Shown here: one piece after another, positions 8,363 to 18,182 of the stretch | How the letters are laid out: each line of letters opens with the position of its first letter | Numbering within the stretch: the first letter of the stretch is position 1 | Assembly (NCBI GenBank): GCA_965217775.1 | Contig: CBDCJH010000002.1 | Span: 2,208,001 to 2,272,000, forward strand | From: Acidobacteriota bacterium | GTDB lineage: Bacteria; Acidobacteriota; UBA6911; RPQK01; JAJDTT01 | Length of the DNA: 64,000 nucleotides | Reading direction: 5' to 3' | Position numbers and translations under genes: made by a program | The notes under the pieces: model-generated | Databases searched by the model: none | Told to the model about the DNA's origin: nothing | What the model saw: only the letters and a program-made list of their open reading frames with translations

Positions 8363-9637
8363 TCAGCCAGCCGGGCTCAGGTAGGGAATGGTCTGCGGTC
8401 CCTGGGGCAGGACGCCGAGGCGAGCGTCCGGACCGTATTCGTCCAGCAATTCCAGGACGGTGGCTTCCAGATTCCCGACCGGTTCCAGGTGTGCGCTCCG
8501 GATCTGGTGTGGGGCCAACCCGTCCGATTTCAGCAGGACGCGGGCCTTGAGTTGGATCTGGCTCTGGATCTGGACCTGCCACTGGTCATGCGTGGTGACG
8601 TCTTCCCGTTGGATCCGGTCCAGAAAACTGGCGGCATCAGCGGTCGAGGCCAGAAGTTTGCGGTACTCACCATGTTCCGGGATCCCGTCGGAGCACTCCG
8701 CGGCACAGACGATGGCGCCTCCCCGGCGGACGATGCGCGCCGCCGCCGACATCCCCTTCACCGACTGATAGAGGTTCAGGTCCAGGGGATAGCCGCTGTT
8801 GGTGGTCACGACCACGTCGAAGGGCCGGGCCACCGCCTGCATGGCCGTTTTCTGGGCGAAGCGGCAGGCGGACCCGTGGGACTCGAAGATCTCACCCGCG
8901 TGCACGCTCGTGATCTCATGGTCCCGATTCAAGGTGACGTCCAGACTGAAGTCCACGCCCGAAAGCTCTGCGATTTCACGAATAGCATCGTGAATGGGAT
9001 TGCCGTGTGTGATCCCCCAAGTGGCCTTAGGATGGGCGATCAGAGGGGCGCTGTGAAGCTTCATGATGGTGTCGAACCCGGCCAGACCCGGAGCCACAAG
9101 CTTGGGGCCGCCACTGAACCCGGCAAAGAAATGGGGTTCCACGAACCCGGTGGTGATCCGCACGTCGGACTCGAGCCAGATCGAGTTGAGCCAAACCGGA
9201 ATCCCGGAGGAAAGGGTGCCGCGGCAGCCCAGCGTTTCAGGCCGGAAGGACTGGTGATTGATGACCGGGTAGTTGCGGACCACTTCCGCTCCCAACATGC
9301 CCTCCAGTTCTTCCACGGTGTTGGAGCGGTGGGTGCCGGTGGCCACCAGGATGGAGATCCGGTCCCTGGGCACGTGCTCCAACTCGGCCAGCAGCACGGG
9401 TAGAACTCGGGAACTGGGCATGGGGCGTGTGATGTCGCAGACCGAGATGGCGACAGTCTGGTCGCGCCGCGCCAAATCTCTCAGGGGGAGAGTGCCCATG
9501 GGGCTTCGGAAGGCTTTCCGGAGCGCCTCCTCTTCGCATGGGACCCCCGGGAGATACGAGGGCTCCAGAACCGTCGTCCCCTCCCCGGGAAGCTCCACCT
9601 CGAGACCGTTCTTGCCGTATGCCAACTCAACCCGCAC
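8363..9637 (-). CDS. larA: Nickel-pincer lactate racemase family protein
   Basis: DITRP, ATGTHR, EPHFFAGFSGGPK, GYPLDLNLYQSVKG and AECSDG motifs. Confidence 0.88.
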   Translation of the reverse strand: MRVELAYGKNGLEVELPGEGTTVLEPSYLPGVPCEEEALRKAFRSPMGTLPLRDLARRDQTVAISVCDITRPMPSSRVLPVLLAELEHVPRDRISILVATGTHRSNTVEELEGMLGAEVVRNYPVINHQSFRPETLGCRGTLSSGIPVWLNSIWLESDVRITTGFVEPHFFAGFSGGPKLVAPGLAGFDTIMKLHSAPLIAHPKATWGITHGNPIHDAIREIAELSGVDFSLDVTLNRDHEITSVHAGEIFESHGSACRFAQKTAMQAVARPFDVVVTTNSGYPLDLNLYQSVKGMSAAARIVRRGGAIVCAAECSDGIPEHGEYRKLLASTADAASFLDRIQREDVTTHDQWQVQIQSQIQLKARVLLKSDGLAPHQIRSAHLEPVGNLEATVLELLDEYGPDARLGVLPQGPQTIPYLSPAG

Positions 9638-10169
9638 GGATATCCTCCGATGTCTCTCCCGGGATTGGCTGCCCCGTCCTCCGGGAGGGCCCGCTCTCAC
9701 CGACGCCTCGATTCATCCTCAGGCGGGAGAAAAAGCCCTGCAGCAGTTGGCGCGCCTCAGCTTCCCGGACGCCCGGCACCACCTCGGGAGCGTGATTGAA
9801 TTGACCCGGCTTCAACAGGTCGACCCGGGAGGAAACGGCTCCCGACTTCAAATCCGGGGCGGCATAGACCAGACGCCCCACCCGAGCCCAAATCAGGGCG
9901 CCGGCACACATGGCGCAGGGTTCCAGCGTCACAAAGAGCTCTGAACCGGTCAATCGGTAGTTGGACAGGAGCTCGCCCGCTCTTCGCAAGACCAGGATCT
10001 CGGCGTGGGCCGTCGGGTCGGATCTCTGGATGCTCCGGTTGTGGTCCCGGGCCAGAAGCTCTCCCTCGTGCGCCAACACGGCTCCGACCGGAACTTCTCC
10101 CTCATGGGCTGCCTGCCGGGCCTCCTTTAGGGCGATCTCCATCCAGCGATCCAGCGCTTCCGTTCCCAT
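9627..10169 (-). CDS. tadA: tRNA adenosine(34) deaminase
   Basis: EVPVGAV, PTAHAE and TLEPCAMC motifs. Confidence 0.92.
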   Translation of the reverse strand: MGTEALDRWMEIALKEARQAAHEGEVPVGAVLAHEGELLARDHNRSIQRSDPTAHAEILVLRRAGELLSNYRLTGSELFVTLEPCAMCAGALIWARVGRLVYAAPDLKSGAVSSRVDLLKPGQFNHAPEVVPGVREAEARQLLQGFFSRLRMNRGVGESGPSRRTGQPIPGETSEDIRAG

Positions 10170-10318
10170 CGGAACCCCTATCCTTCGAGTTGAGCCGATG
10201 CTGGAAAGCATACCAGCCCTCTGTGAAGCTCCGGTGTTGGCGAAGCGAGCCACTTCCGGAGATTTGCAATGATCCCGCAACACTGGCATAAAATCGATGT
10301 CCGAAGCCCGCACAGTCC

Positions 10319-11227
10319 ATGAGATTCCCCGGCATTCCGACGCTCATCCTGACCGCACTCCTGGCCTCGTGCCAACGTTCGACCGAGACCATCACCTTTT
10401 TCCACTCCGCGAGTCTCTCTCCCCTGGTCGAGACCGTCTCCAAGCGGTTCGAGAGCATGCATCCCGACGTCGTTGTGGTAGGCGAGTCCGGGGCCGGGCT
10501 GGACATCATCCGCAAGTTGCCGGGCGAGGCACCGGGCCCGGACCTGCTGGCGATTTCAGACCGGCGGCTGCTGGAGCGGCTCCTGGATTCCGGCAGCGTG
10601 AGCCGCGCCTTCGAGTTCCTGGGGAATGACGTGGTGCTTGCCACCCGGAATCCCGAATTCCTGAGTGCGACCCGGCTCTCGGGACGTTCCCACCGGCGCT
10701 GGCATGAAATCCTTCTGGAGCGGGACTATTCCTACGGTATCGCCGATCCCGACCGGGACCCACCCGGTTACTGCGCCCACCTGGTGTGGAAACTGGCCGA
10801 GATCCACTATGAACGTCCCGGTCTCTACCGGCGGCTCCTGAATGGGCTGGATTCGCGCTGGATCTGTCCTGAGTCCGGCGAGCTGGCGGCGCTGCTTCGG
10901 GCCGATGTCCTGGACCTGGCTTTTCTCTACCGGTCCACGGCGCTCCAGAACAATCTGCCCTTTCTGGACCTGCCGCCCCAGATCTCTCTCGGGGAAACGC
11001 CCTATCGGGAAGTCTACTCGCAGGCCACCCTCCGGGTCACCGCTGTGGCTCCCGATTCCATGGCCGAGATCAGCGGCGTGCCGATCCGGTACGGTGTGGT
11101 CCTGACGCGGGAGAGCAGCCCCTGGGCCGAACGCTATCTGAACTACCTTCTGAGTCCCGAGGTCCAGGCCCTCTACCGGGAGTTGGGCTACCGCAACGTG
11201 CCGGTGACCGAGATTCCTCCCTGGTAG
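10319..11227 (+). CDS. Tungstate/molybdate ABC substrate-binding lipoprotein (WtpA/ModA-like)
   Basis: Lipobox LLASC; HSASL, DPDRDPPGY, DLAFLYRS and PIRYG motifs. Confidence 0.75.
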   Translation: MRFPGIPTLILTALLASCQRSTETITFFHSASLSPLVETVSKRFESMHPDVVVVGESGAGLDIIRKLPGEAPGPDLLAISDRRLLERLLDSGSVSRAFEFLGNDVVLATRNPEFLSATRLSGRSHRRWHEILLERDYSYGIADPDRDPPGYCAHLVWKLAEIHYERPGLYRRLLNGLDSRWICPESGELAALLRADVLDLAFLYRSTALQNNLPFLDLPPQISLGETPYREVYSQATLRVTAVAPDSMAEISGVPIRYGVVLTRESSPWAERYLNYLLSPEVQALYRELGYRNVPVTEIPPW

Positions 11228-11229
11228 CT

Positions 11230-13270
11230 CTAGCCGGAACTTCACTTCCGAAATCCGTCTAATCGTTTGTATGTCAGGAAGATAGACGAAATCAACCTGC
11301 CCAATTACTGGCAACAAATCGGGTCGGGTTGACGTCGAGCAGCTCGAAAACCTTCGCCTGCAGCGGCGTCGGCTTGGCGAACATCGGAAACGGATGCTCC
11401 GGAGCGTCCGGCAGGGTCACCTGGTTCAGGGTGAGCGTGCCGAGATCCGCCAGCAGCGTCCGGAGGCTATGCACGGGGAGCCCGTCAGCCGTTTGCTTGC
11501 GCGCGGCCTTAGCTTTCGTGCGCGCGGACACCTTTGCCTTTTCCACCGGTGAGGTCCGCAACGCTCGCGCCCCGGGACGATCCTCCTCCTCGAACAGCAG
11601 CGGCGCCAGACGCCGCCTCAGGTGCCATTGCAGGTAGTACGCCAGCAGACACAGAAAGACGTGCCCGCGCACATGGTCCTCGCTGTAGACGAAGACCGGG
11701 CGCAGGGCCAGCTGCGCCGTCTTGAGCGAGCGAAACGCCCGCTCGACCTGGGAGAGACTCTTGTACACCTCGACCGCCTCCGCAGCCCCGATGTCGGAGA
11801 CCTCCAGGCTGGTGCGAATGATGTAGATGCCATCCAGTTGGGCCTCCGCATCGATCTTCTCTTGGCGCCTGGACCAGCGGATGTCCTCGTCGGTCACCTC
11901 GATCAAGAAGTGTTTGTCCACCTTCTTGCGGCTGACGTCCCGGCCCACCCGGCGGTTGATCGCCTCCCGGCCGCGCAGCCGTGCATGGGGAGACCGCACG
12001 GCGCTGGCAATGGTCTCCAGGATCTTCTCGGTCGCGCACAGCAGGTCCTCGCGCTTGCGGGCCCGTTCCTGACGCAGGCGGGGATTGAGGCAGACCAGCA
12101 GCCGTTCGCCGGGAAAATCCGGGCTCAGAATCTCCGCGACCCCGTCCGGAACCAACTCGCCCGGCCGCAACGGGGCCGGTTCCTCGCCCTTCCCGCCCGA
12201 TTTTGGGGGCCGCATCAGCTTGCGGATGGCGCCCGTTCTCAAGGCCGAGATCCAGGCCAGACCGGCCGGTGAAAGGTCCTCGCGCAGCCGCGCCGTGGTG
12301 AGCATGCCGCGGTCCCCGACCAAGGCGATGGATTCGATGCCGAAGCGCCCCTGGATCTTCTTGACCTGCGCCGCCACCGTGCTCGGATCCCCGGTGTTGC
12401 CCGGGAACACCTCCACGGACAGCGGGCAACCGTCCCCGGCGCAGAGCAGGCCGAAGACGATCTGCTTCTTACCTTTCTTTCCGTCGCGGTTGTGGCCGAA
12501 TGCGGCCAGGGAACAGCAGCGCCCCTCGAGATAGCTGGAGGAGACGTCATAAAGCAAAAGTGTCCGGCCCTCCAGGTGGCGCCGCGCCAAGCTCTTCTCG
12601 ATCCAGACCTGGCGGCGCAGCAACCAGTCGAGCATGTTAAGCATCTCGTTGCCGCGGACCGGACCGAGGCCGAGGACGGGGCCGAGGCTGCTGGTGGCGG
12701 TCTCCGGAGACAGGCCCCGGGCGGTGGCGAGCTTGGAGGCGGGTTGGAGCACCCGGGCGACGAGGGCGGCGAGGGCAAGGTCGCGGTTGCGGCTGCGTTT
12801 GCGGTGCAGGAGGCGTTCGAGACCGAGTTGGCGGCCAAGACCGAGGAGGGCGGCGACATGACCATGGGGAAGGGCGCGGCGGATGGCGAGGTCATCGTCG
12901 AGGGGGCGATAGACTTGGCCCCCCTTGAGCAGGGCGCGGATGCCGTCGACGATCTCCGGGGGGAGCTTGGAGAGGTTGGCGAGGGTGGTGCGGCGGATGC
13001 GCTTGCCCTCGCGTTTGGCGTGGCGGAAGAGGATGGCGGGTGGGCTGTTGCGGTTGGGGATGACATCGACGTGGTAGGACATGGTGGAGAGGCCTCTTAC
13101 ATGGAAACAATATCAATCACTGATACTCCTACTATATAAGGGAAGACTGACATAATACGCGAGTCTGTACATGGAAACAAATATCCAGTTGGAGGATCGG
13201 GCTAAGGAACCGTAAACCGCGCTATTTCAATGATTTACTATGGCTTGAGGGGCAGTGAAGTTCCGTCTAG
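11230..13270 (-). mobile_element. IS1634-family insertion sequence
   Basis: TIRs CTAGCCGGAACTTCAC (11230) and GTGAAGTTCCGTCTAG (13255-13270); subterminal direct repeat TACATGGAAACAA at ~13098 and ~13168. Confidence 0.88.
11292..13082 (-). CDS. IS1634-family DDE transposase
   Basis: LYDVSSSY, GHNRDGK, VGDRGM, YKSLSQVERAFRSLK and LRPVF motifs. Confidence 0.95.
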   Translation of the reverse strand: MSYHVDVIPNRNSPPAILFRHAKREGKRIRRTTLANLSKLPPEIVDGIRALLKGGQVYRPLDDDLAIRRALPHGHVAALLGLGRQLGLERLLHRKRSRNRDLALAALVARVLQPASKLATARGLSPETATSSLGPVLGLGPVRGNEMLNMLDWLLRRQVWIEKSLARRHLEGRTLLLYDVSSSYLEGRCCSLAAFGHNRDGKKGKKQIVFGLLCAGDGCPLSVEVFPGNTGDPSTVAAQVKKIQGRFGIESIALVGDRGMLTTARLREDLSPAGLAWISALRTGAIRKLMRPPKSGGKGEEPAPLRPGELVPDGVAEILSPDFPGERLLVCLNPRLRQERARKREDLLCATEKILETIASAVRSPHARLRGREAINRRVGRDVSRKKVDKHFLIEVTDEDIRWSRRQEKIDAEAQLDGIYIIRTSLEVSDIGAAEAVEVYKSLSQVERAFRSLKTAQLALRPVFVYSEDHVRGHVFLCLLAYYLQWHLRRRLAPLLFEEEDRPGARALRTSPVEKAKVSARTKAKAARKQTADGLPVHSLRTLLADLGTLTLNQVTLPDAPEHPFPMFAKPTPLQAKVFELLDVNPTRFVASNWAG

Positions 13271-13433
13271 CAGTCCGTGGTGAAAGTCCCGCGAGCACCG
13301 AAACCGGTCCTGCGCCCGCCGGACCAGGCGCTTCGGAGGGAGCATACCGGGAGTATGTGACCGAGTCGCAACGCCGTCCGCCGGGATGCAGGGACGGTCG
13401 AATGCCGTGACGACTTTTGCCACGGGCTGCTAG
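13267..13433. mobile_element. MITE family A, copy 1
   Basis: CTAG-flanked; imperfect TIR CAGTCCGTGGTGAAAGTC / GACTTTTGCCACGGGCTG; highly similar to 24336-24501. Confidence 0.85.
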
Positions 13434-13476
13434 TCGAAATTCGCGACGACGTCGGGTCGGCAGCCTCACTCGTTGT

Positions 13477-13636
13477 GAGGAAAGAGAAAAGATCCCCCAC
13501 CGCCCCGGTCCGGCGGACGCGAAAGAGAAACAGGCATCGAGTCCATCCGGCCCCGGCGTCCTCGACGAGACCATCCCCCTCCCGAGCCCGCTGGGCGGAA
13601 ACGACCCGCCTGTCTTCCACTCTTTTCTCTTTCCTC
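13477..13636. repeat. 160-bp segment bounded by a perfect 16-bp inverted repeat
   Basis: GAGGAAAGAGAAAAGA (13477) / TCTTTTCTCTTTCCTC (13621). Confidence 0.6.
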
Positions 13637-13746
13637 TTTCCTGCTTTCCTCTGTGTTCTCAGTAGAGGGTGGGTTCGTCCAGTCGGCGAGCTCTCCCTCC
13701 AGAAACCTTCTTACCGGCACCCCTTTGGGGTAAAGTGACGCCACCA

Positions 13747-16446
13747 ATGGGAAGAATACGCACGATGATCCCCCTGCTGCTGATTCTGACGGTCTGGGGT
13801 GCACTGGCGGGAGGGGTCAGCCTCTACATCGACTATCTCTGGTTCGATGCCGTGGGCTACCTGGAAGTCTTCCAGACCACGCTCGCTTCCAAGTTCCTTT
13901 TCTGGCTGGCCGGATTCGCCGTCAGCTTTTTGATTCTGGGTTCTAACCTTTACCTGGCCGCCCGTCGCCACCATGGCATCTACTGGATGAGTCCCGAACT
14001 CCAGGCGACCGCCCGGAAGGGCACGCAATTCGTCTTCTGGGTCGCCATTCTGATCCTGTCCGTTCTGATTGGGATGGTGGTTCAGAGCCAGTGGCTGACC
14101 TTCCTTCAGTACTGGAACCGGGTTCCGACGGGATTGCAGGATCCGATCTTCTCCGAGGACATCTCGTTCTATATTTTCTCCCTTCCTGTCCTGAGCTTCC
14201 TGGTCCATCTCGGACTGGTTCTGGTCGTCCTCTCCGTCCTGGCGGCTGCCATCACCTACGTGACCCATGGTCATCTGGCCTACCTGCAGCGCCTGAAACT
14301 GAGCCAGGAGGCCCGAGTGCACCTGACCCTGCTGGGCGTGGCGGGATTCCTGCTGCTGGCCGGCCGTTTCTGGCTCAATTGTTACGAAATTCTATACAGC
14401 CGGGAGGGGGTCATCTTCGGTGCCGGGTACACGGACGTTTACGCCCGTCTTCCCTGCACCATGATCCTGGCCGGCGTCTCCGTTCTGACCGCGGTCGCCT
14501 TCGCCGTCTCCATCTTCGGAAAGAACCTTCGAACAGCCGTCTATTCGGGAGTTTTCTTCGGGGCTGCGTATCTGGCCCTGAACTTCTACCCCATGGTGAT
14601 TCAGACCTTCATCGTGGAACCCAACGAGCTGCAGATGGAGACTCCCTATCTGGCCCACAACATTGGAATGACCCGCAAGGCCTACAACCTGGACAAGATC
14701 GAGGTGCACGACTTCTCCGGGACCGGCGACCTCTCCCGGGAGGAGATGGCCGCCAACGAGACCACGATCCGGAACATCCGCCTCTGGGGATGGCGGCCCC
14801 TGATGGACTCCTACAACCAGCTTCAATCGATCCGCTCCTACTACGAGTTCCAAGGGGTCGACCTGGACCGCTACGTCATCGACGGGAAATACCGGCAGGT
14901 GATGCTGTCGGCCCGGGAACTGGACTTCAGCAAGATCTCGGAGCAGGCCCAGACCTGGATCAACGAGTACTTCGTCTACACCCACGGCTACGGCCTCTGC
15001 CTGAGCCCGGTCAACGAGGTCACGCCGGAGGGACTTCCCGAGTTCTTCATCAAGGATATCCCGCCCCAGAGCAACGGGAGCTTCGAGATCACCCGTCCCG
15101 AGATCTACTTCGGCGAGAAGACCGACAATCCGGTCTTCGTCAAGACCACCCAGGAGGAGTTCGACTATCCCCTCGGCGACCAGAACGCCTTCACGACCTA
15201 CCAGGCCGAGCGCGGACTCGGCATCGGCTCGTTGGTTCGAAAGCTTCTCTTCGCCTGGGAACTGAAAAACTACAAGATTCTTTTCGCCGACGACTTCAGG
15301 TCCGAAAGCCGCGTGCTGCTGCACCGGCGCATCCGGGACCGGGTGCCCAAGATCGCACCGCCGGGCCTGGATTTCGATCCGGATCCCTATCTGGTGATCC
15401 ACGAGGGCCGCCTCTTCTGGATTCAGGACGGCTACACCTCCACCAGCCGCTATCCCTATTCGGAGCCGACCCGCCGCGGGTTCAACTACATGCGAAATTC
15501 CCTGAAGGTGGTGGTCGACGCCTATCTGGGAGACGTGACCTTCTACGTCTCAGACCCGGAGGACCCCCTGATTCAGGTCTACTCCGCCATCTTCCCGTCC
15601 ACTTTTCGCCCCCTGGAGGCGATGCCCGAGGGTCTGCGCCTGCACCTGAGGTATCCCGAGGTCCTCTTCAACGTTCAGCGGGAGATGTTCCGCACGTATC
15701 ACATGCGGGACACCGGCGTCTTCTACAACAAGGAAGACATGTGGGACATCCCCACCGAGATCTACCGGGACCAGGAGCAGGTCATGGAGAGCTACTACGT
15801 GATCATGAGACTGCCCGGGTCTCAGGAGGAGGAGTTCATCCTGCTGGTGCCCTACACCCCCCGCAACAAGAACAACATGATCTCCTGGTTGGCGGCCCGG
15901 TCGGACGGGGAACACTACGGGACCCTGGTTCTCTACCAGTTTCCCAAGCAGGAGCTGCGCTACGGACCTCTGCAAATCGAAGCCCGCATCGACCAGGACC
16001 CGACCATTTCCCCCCTCCTGACCCTGTGGAGTCAGCAGGGTTCGGAGGTGATTCGCGGCAACCTCCTGGTGATCCCCATCGAGGGGACCCTCCTCTACGT
16101 CGAGCCGCTCTACCTGCAGGCGGAAAAGAGCATGATCCCCGAGCTGACCCGGATCATCGTGGTGTTCGAGAACCGCGTGGCTCTCGGGGAGACACTGGAC
16201 GAAGCCCTCGCGGCCGCCATCTGGCCCGACGAGAGACCCGGAGATTACCGGGCGACAGCCGCGCAGGAGTTTTCCCTGGCTACAAACGTCGATCCGGGAA
16301 AGGACAGCCCTCTGATGGTCCGGGCTCTGCAGCACTTCAATCAGAGTCAGATATACTTGCGCGAGGGAAATTGGGCCGGTTACGGAGAGGAACAGGAGCG
16401 CCTGAAAAAGGTCCTGGAACAGTTGGTTCTGGAGTCCAGGAATTAG
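13747..16446 (+). CDS. UPF0182 family membrane protein
   Basis: DYLWF, DPIFSEDISFY, GAGYTDV, YTHGYG, NYMRNS and IRGNLLVIPI motifs. Confidence 0.93.
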   Translation: MGRIRTMIPLLLILTVWGALAGGVSLYIDYLWFDAVGYLEVFQTTLASKFLFWLAGFAVSFLILGSNLYLAARRHHGIYWMSPELQATARKGTQFVFWVAILILSVLIGMVVQSQWLTFLQYWNRVPTGLQDPIFSEDISFYIFSLPVLSFLVHLGLVLVVLSVLAAAITYVTHGHLAYLQRLKLSQEARVHLTLLGVAGFLLLAGRFWLNCYEILYSREGVIFGAGYTDVYARLPCTMILAGVSVLTAVAFAVSIFGKNLRTAVYSGVFFGAAYLALNFYPMVIQTFIVEPNELQMETPYLAHNIGMTRKAYNLDKIEVHDFSGTGDLSREEMAANETTIRNIRLWGWRPLMDSYNQLQSIRSYYEFQGVDLDRYVIDGKYRQVMLSARELDFSKISEQAQTWINEYFVYTHGYGLCLSPVNEVTPEGLPEFFIKDIPPQSNGSFEITRPEIYFGEKTDNPVFVKTTQEEFDYPLGDQNAFTTYQAERGLGIGSLVRKLLFAWELKNYKILFADDFRSESRVLLHRRIRDRVPKIAPPGLDFDPDPYLVIHEGRLFWIQDGYTSTSRYPYSEPTRRGFNYMRNSLKVVVDAYLGDVTFYVSDPEDPLIQVYSAIFPSTFRPLEAMPEGLRLHLRYPEVLFNVQREMFRTYHMRDTGVFYNKEDMWDIPTEIYRDQEQVMESYYVIMRLPGSQEEEFILLVPYTPRNKNNMISWLAARSDGEHYGTLVLYQFPKQELRYGPLQIEARIDQDPTISPLLTLWSQQGSEVIRGNLLVIPIEGTLLYVEPLYLQAEKSMIPELTRIIVVFENRVALGETLDEALAAAIWPDERPGDYRATAAQEFSLATNVDPGKDSPLMVRALQHFNQSQIYLREGNWAGYGEEQERLKKVLEQLVLESRN

Positions 16447-16580
16447 GCCCGGCCCGTGGGGCCGCCGGTGGCGACGACCCGCTGAGAATCTCGGCCCAGT
16501 GTCGTTCCAGCTCTGAGCCTCAAGCGGTTTGAAGTCGGCGGCTCCCCCGCGTAGAATCACAAAGCAGGAGATCAATTCTC

Positions 16581-16904
16581 ATGATTAATCTGACGAACAA
16601 GGCAGTGAACCAGGTCCGGAAGGTCATCTCGGAACAGGCTCAGGCGTTTGCCGGTGTCCGGGTGGCGGTGGTGGGCGGGGGCTGCTCCGGCTTCCAATAC
16701 GCCATGAACCTGGAGCGGCAGGGCCGCGAGGGCGATGACGTCGTGGAGATCGACGGCTGCAAGGTCTTCGTGGATCCGCAGAGCATGCTCTACCTGGACG
16801 GGACCGAGATCGACTACATTGAGACGACTCAAGCCGCCGGGTTTCAATTCAAGAATCCCAACGTCTCCGGCTCCTGCGGCTGCGGCGAGTCTTTTCACGT
16901 CTGA
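16581..16904 (+). CDS. A-type Fe-S cluster carrier (ErpA/IscA/HesB family)
   Basis: GGGCSGFQY and CGCGESF motifs. Confidence 0.93.
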   Translation: MINLTNKAVNQVRKVISEQAQAFAGVRVAVVGGGCSGFQYAMNLERQGREGDDVVEIDGCKVFVDPQSMLYLDGTEIDYIETTQAAGFQFKNPNVSGSCGCGESFHV

Positions 16905-16997
16905 ACCCGTTTCTGCTCCAAGCTTTTCGATCTGCCGTCCGTATTCTGCGACGCCGGTTCGGGCCTTCCTTGAAGCGCCTCCGTCCTGGGTTTGATA

Positions 16998-18020
16998 ATG
17001 AGCGGCATGGAGACGACCGACGTATTTCGCAGACCCATGAAGGATCTGCGAATTTCGGTGACGGATCGTTGCAACTACCGCTGCCGGTACTGCATGCCTC
17101 TGGACCGGTACGTCTGGATCGAGAAGCGGGAGTTGCTGACGTTCGAAGAGATCGTCCGCCTGGCCCGCCTCTACGTCGACCTGGGCGTCAGGAGAATCCG
17201 GATCACGGGAGGCGAGCCCCTGGTCCGCCGCGATCTGGATCGTCTGCTTCAGGAGCTGTCGGAAATCGGGGGCTTGGAGGACCTGAGCCTCACCACCAAC
17301 GGCTCGTTTTTGGCGCAGTCCGCTCGAGCGTTGAAGCGGGCGGGGCTGCGCCGGATCAACGTCAGCCTGGACACGTTGGATCCGGAGAAGTTCCGGACCA
17401 TCACCAAACGGGGACGACTGGATGACGTTCTGGATGGGATCCTGGCGGCCCGGGACACGGGAATGGCGCCGATCAAGATCAACACCGTCGTGATCCGGGG
17501 CATCAACGAGGACGAGATCCTGGACCTGGTGGAGTATTCGCGCGAGCACGGTCTCCAAGCCAGGTTCATCGAATACATGGACGTGGGAAACGCCAACGAC
17601 TGGAGTCTCGAAAGGACCGTCACCAAACAGGAGATCCTGGATCGGATCCAATCCCGGTACCCCCTGGAGGCCGTGGGACGGGAGGAGAGCCGCGCACCCG
17701 CCGTCAACTACCGCTTCCTGGACGGCGCCGGACAGATCGGAATCATCGGGTCGGTGACCGAGCCGTTCTGTTCCACCTGCAGCCGGGTCCGGCTGACGGC
17801 CAACGGGCAGATGGTCACCTGCCTGTTCGCCTCCCAGGGCCACGACCTGAAGCGCCTCCTCCGAGGCGGTTGCTCCGACCTCGAGATCCGTTCCTTCCTG
17901 GAGCAGATCTGGTCCGTGCGGGACGACCGGTTCTCCGATCGCCGCTGGCAGCAGATTCGCACCGACGGCTACCATCGAGAAGATCATCGAAAGATCGAGA
18001 TGATCACCCTCGGTGGCTAG
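16998..18020 (+). CDS. moaA: GTP 3',8-cyclase
   Basis: CNYRCRYC, TGGEPL, FCSTCSRVR..CL and C-terminal LGG. Confidence 0.95.
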   Translation: MSGMETTDVFRRPMKDLRISVTDRCNYRCRYCMPLDRYVWIEKRELLTFEEIVRLARLYVDLGVRRIRITGGEPLVRRDLDRLLQELSEIGGLEDLSLTTNGSFLAQSARALKRAGLRRINVSLDTLDPEKFRTITKRGRLDDVLDGILAARDTGMAPIKINTVVIRGINEDEILDLVEYSREHGLQARFIEYMDVGNANDWSLERTVTKQEILDRIQSRYPLEAVGREESRAPAVNYRFLDGAGQIGIIGSVTEPFCSTCSRVRLTANGQMVTCLFASQGHDLKRLLRGGCSDLEIRSFLEQIWSVRDDRFSDRRWQQIRTDGYHREDHRKIEMITLGG

Positions 18021-18182
18021 CAATCGATTTCGAGTCATGAAGACTCGGTCAATTTGCCCTCGTCTCCTTGTCCCGACCGTGTGCCGGGGTTAAATTGGCG
18101 TCACCCCCCGGAGAGATACTGTTGCCGTCCGGGGCGGACTGCGAATCCATAGTTTCGAAAACTCAGACATCACAGGGCAGCC

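Noticed and set aside
14091-16532. 813-aa alternative-frame ORF
   Set aside because: Overlaps the UPF0182 gene; Arg/Pro/Gly-rich high-GC frame artefact.
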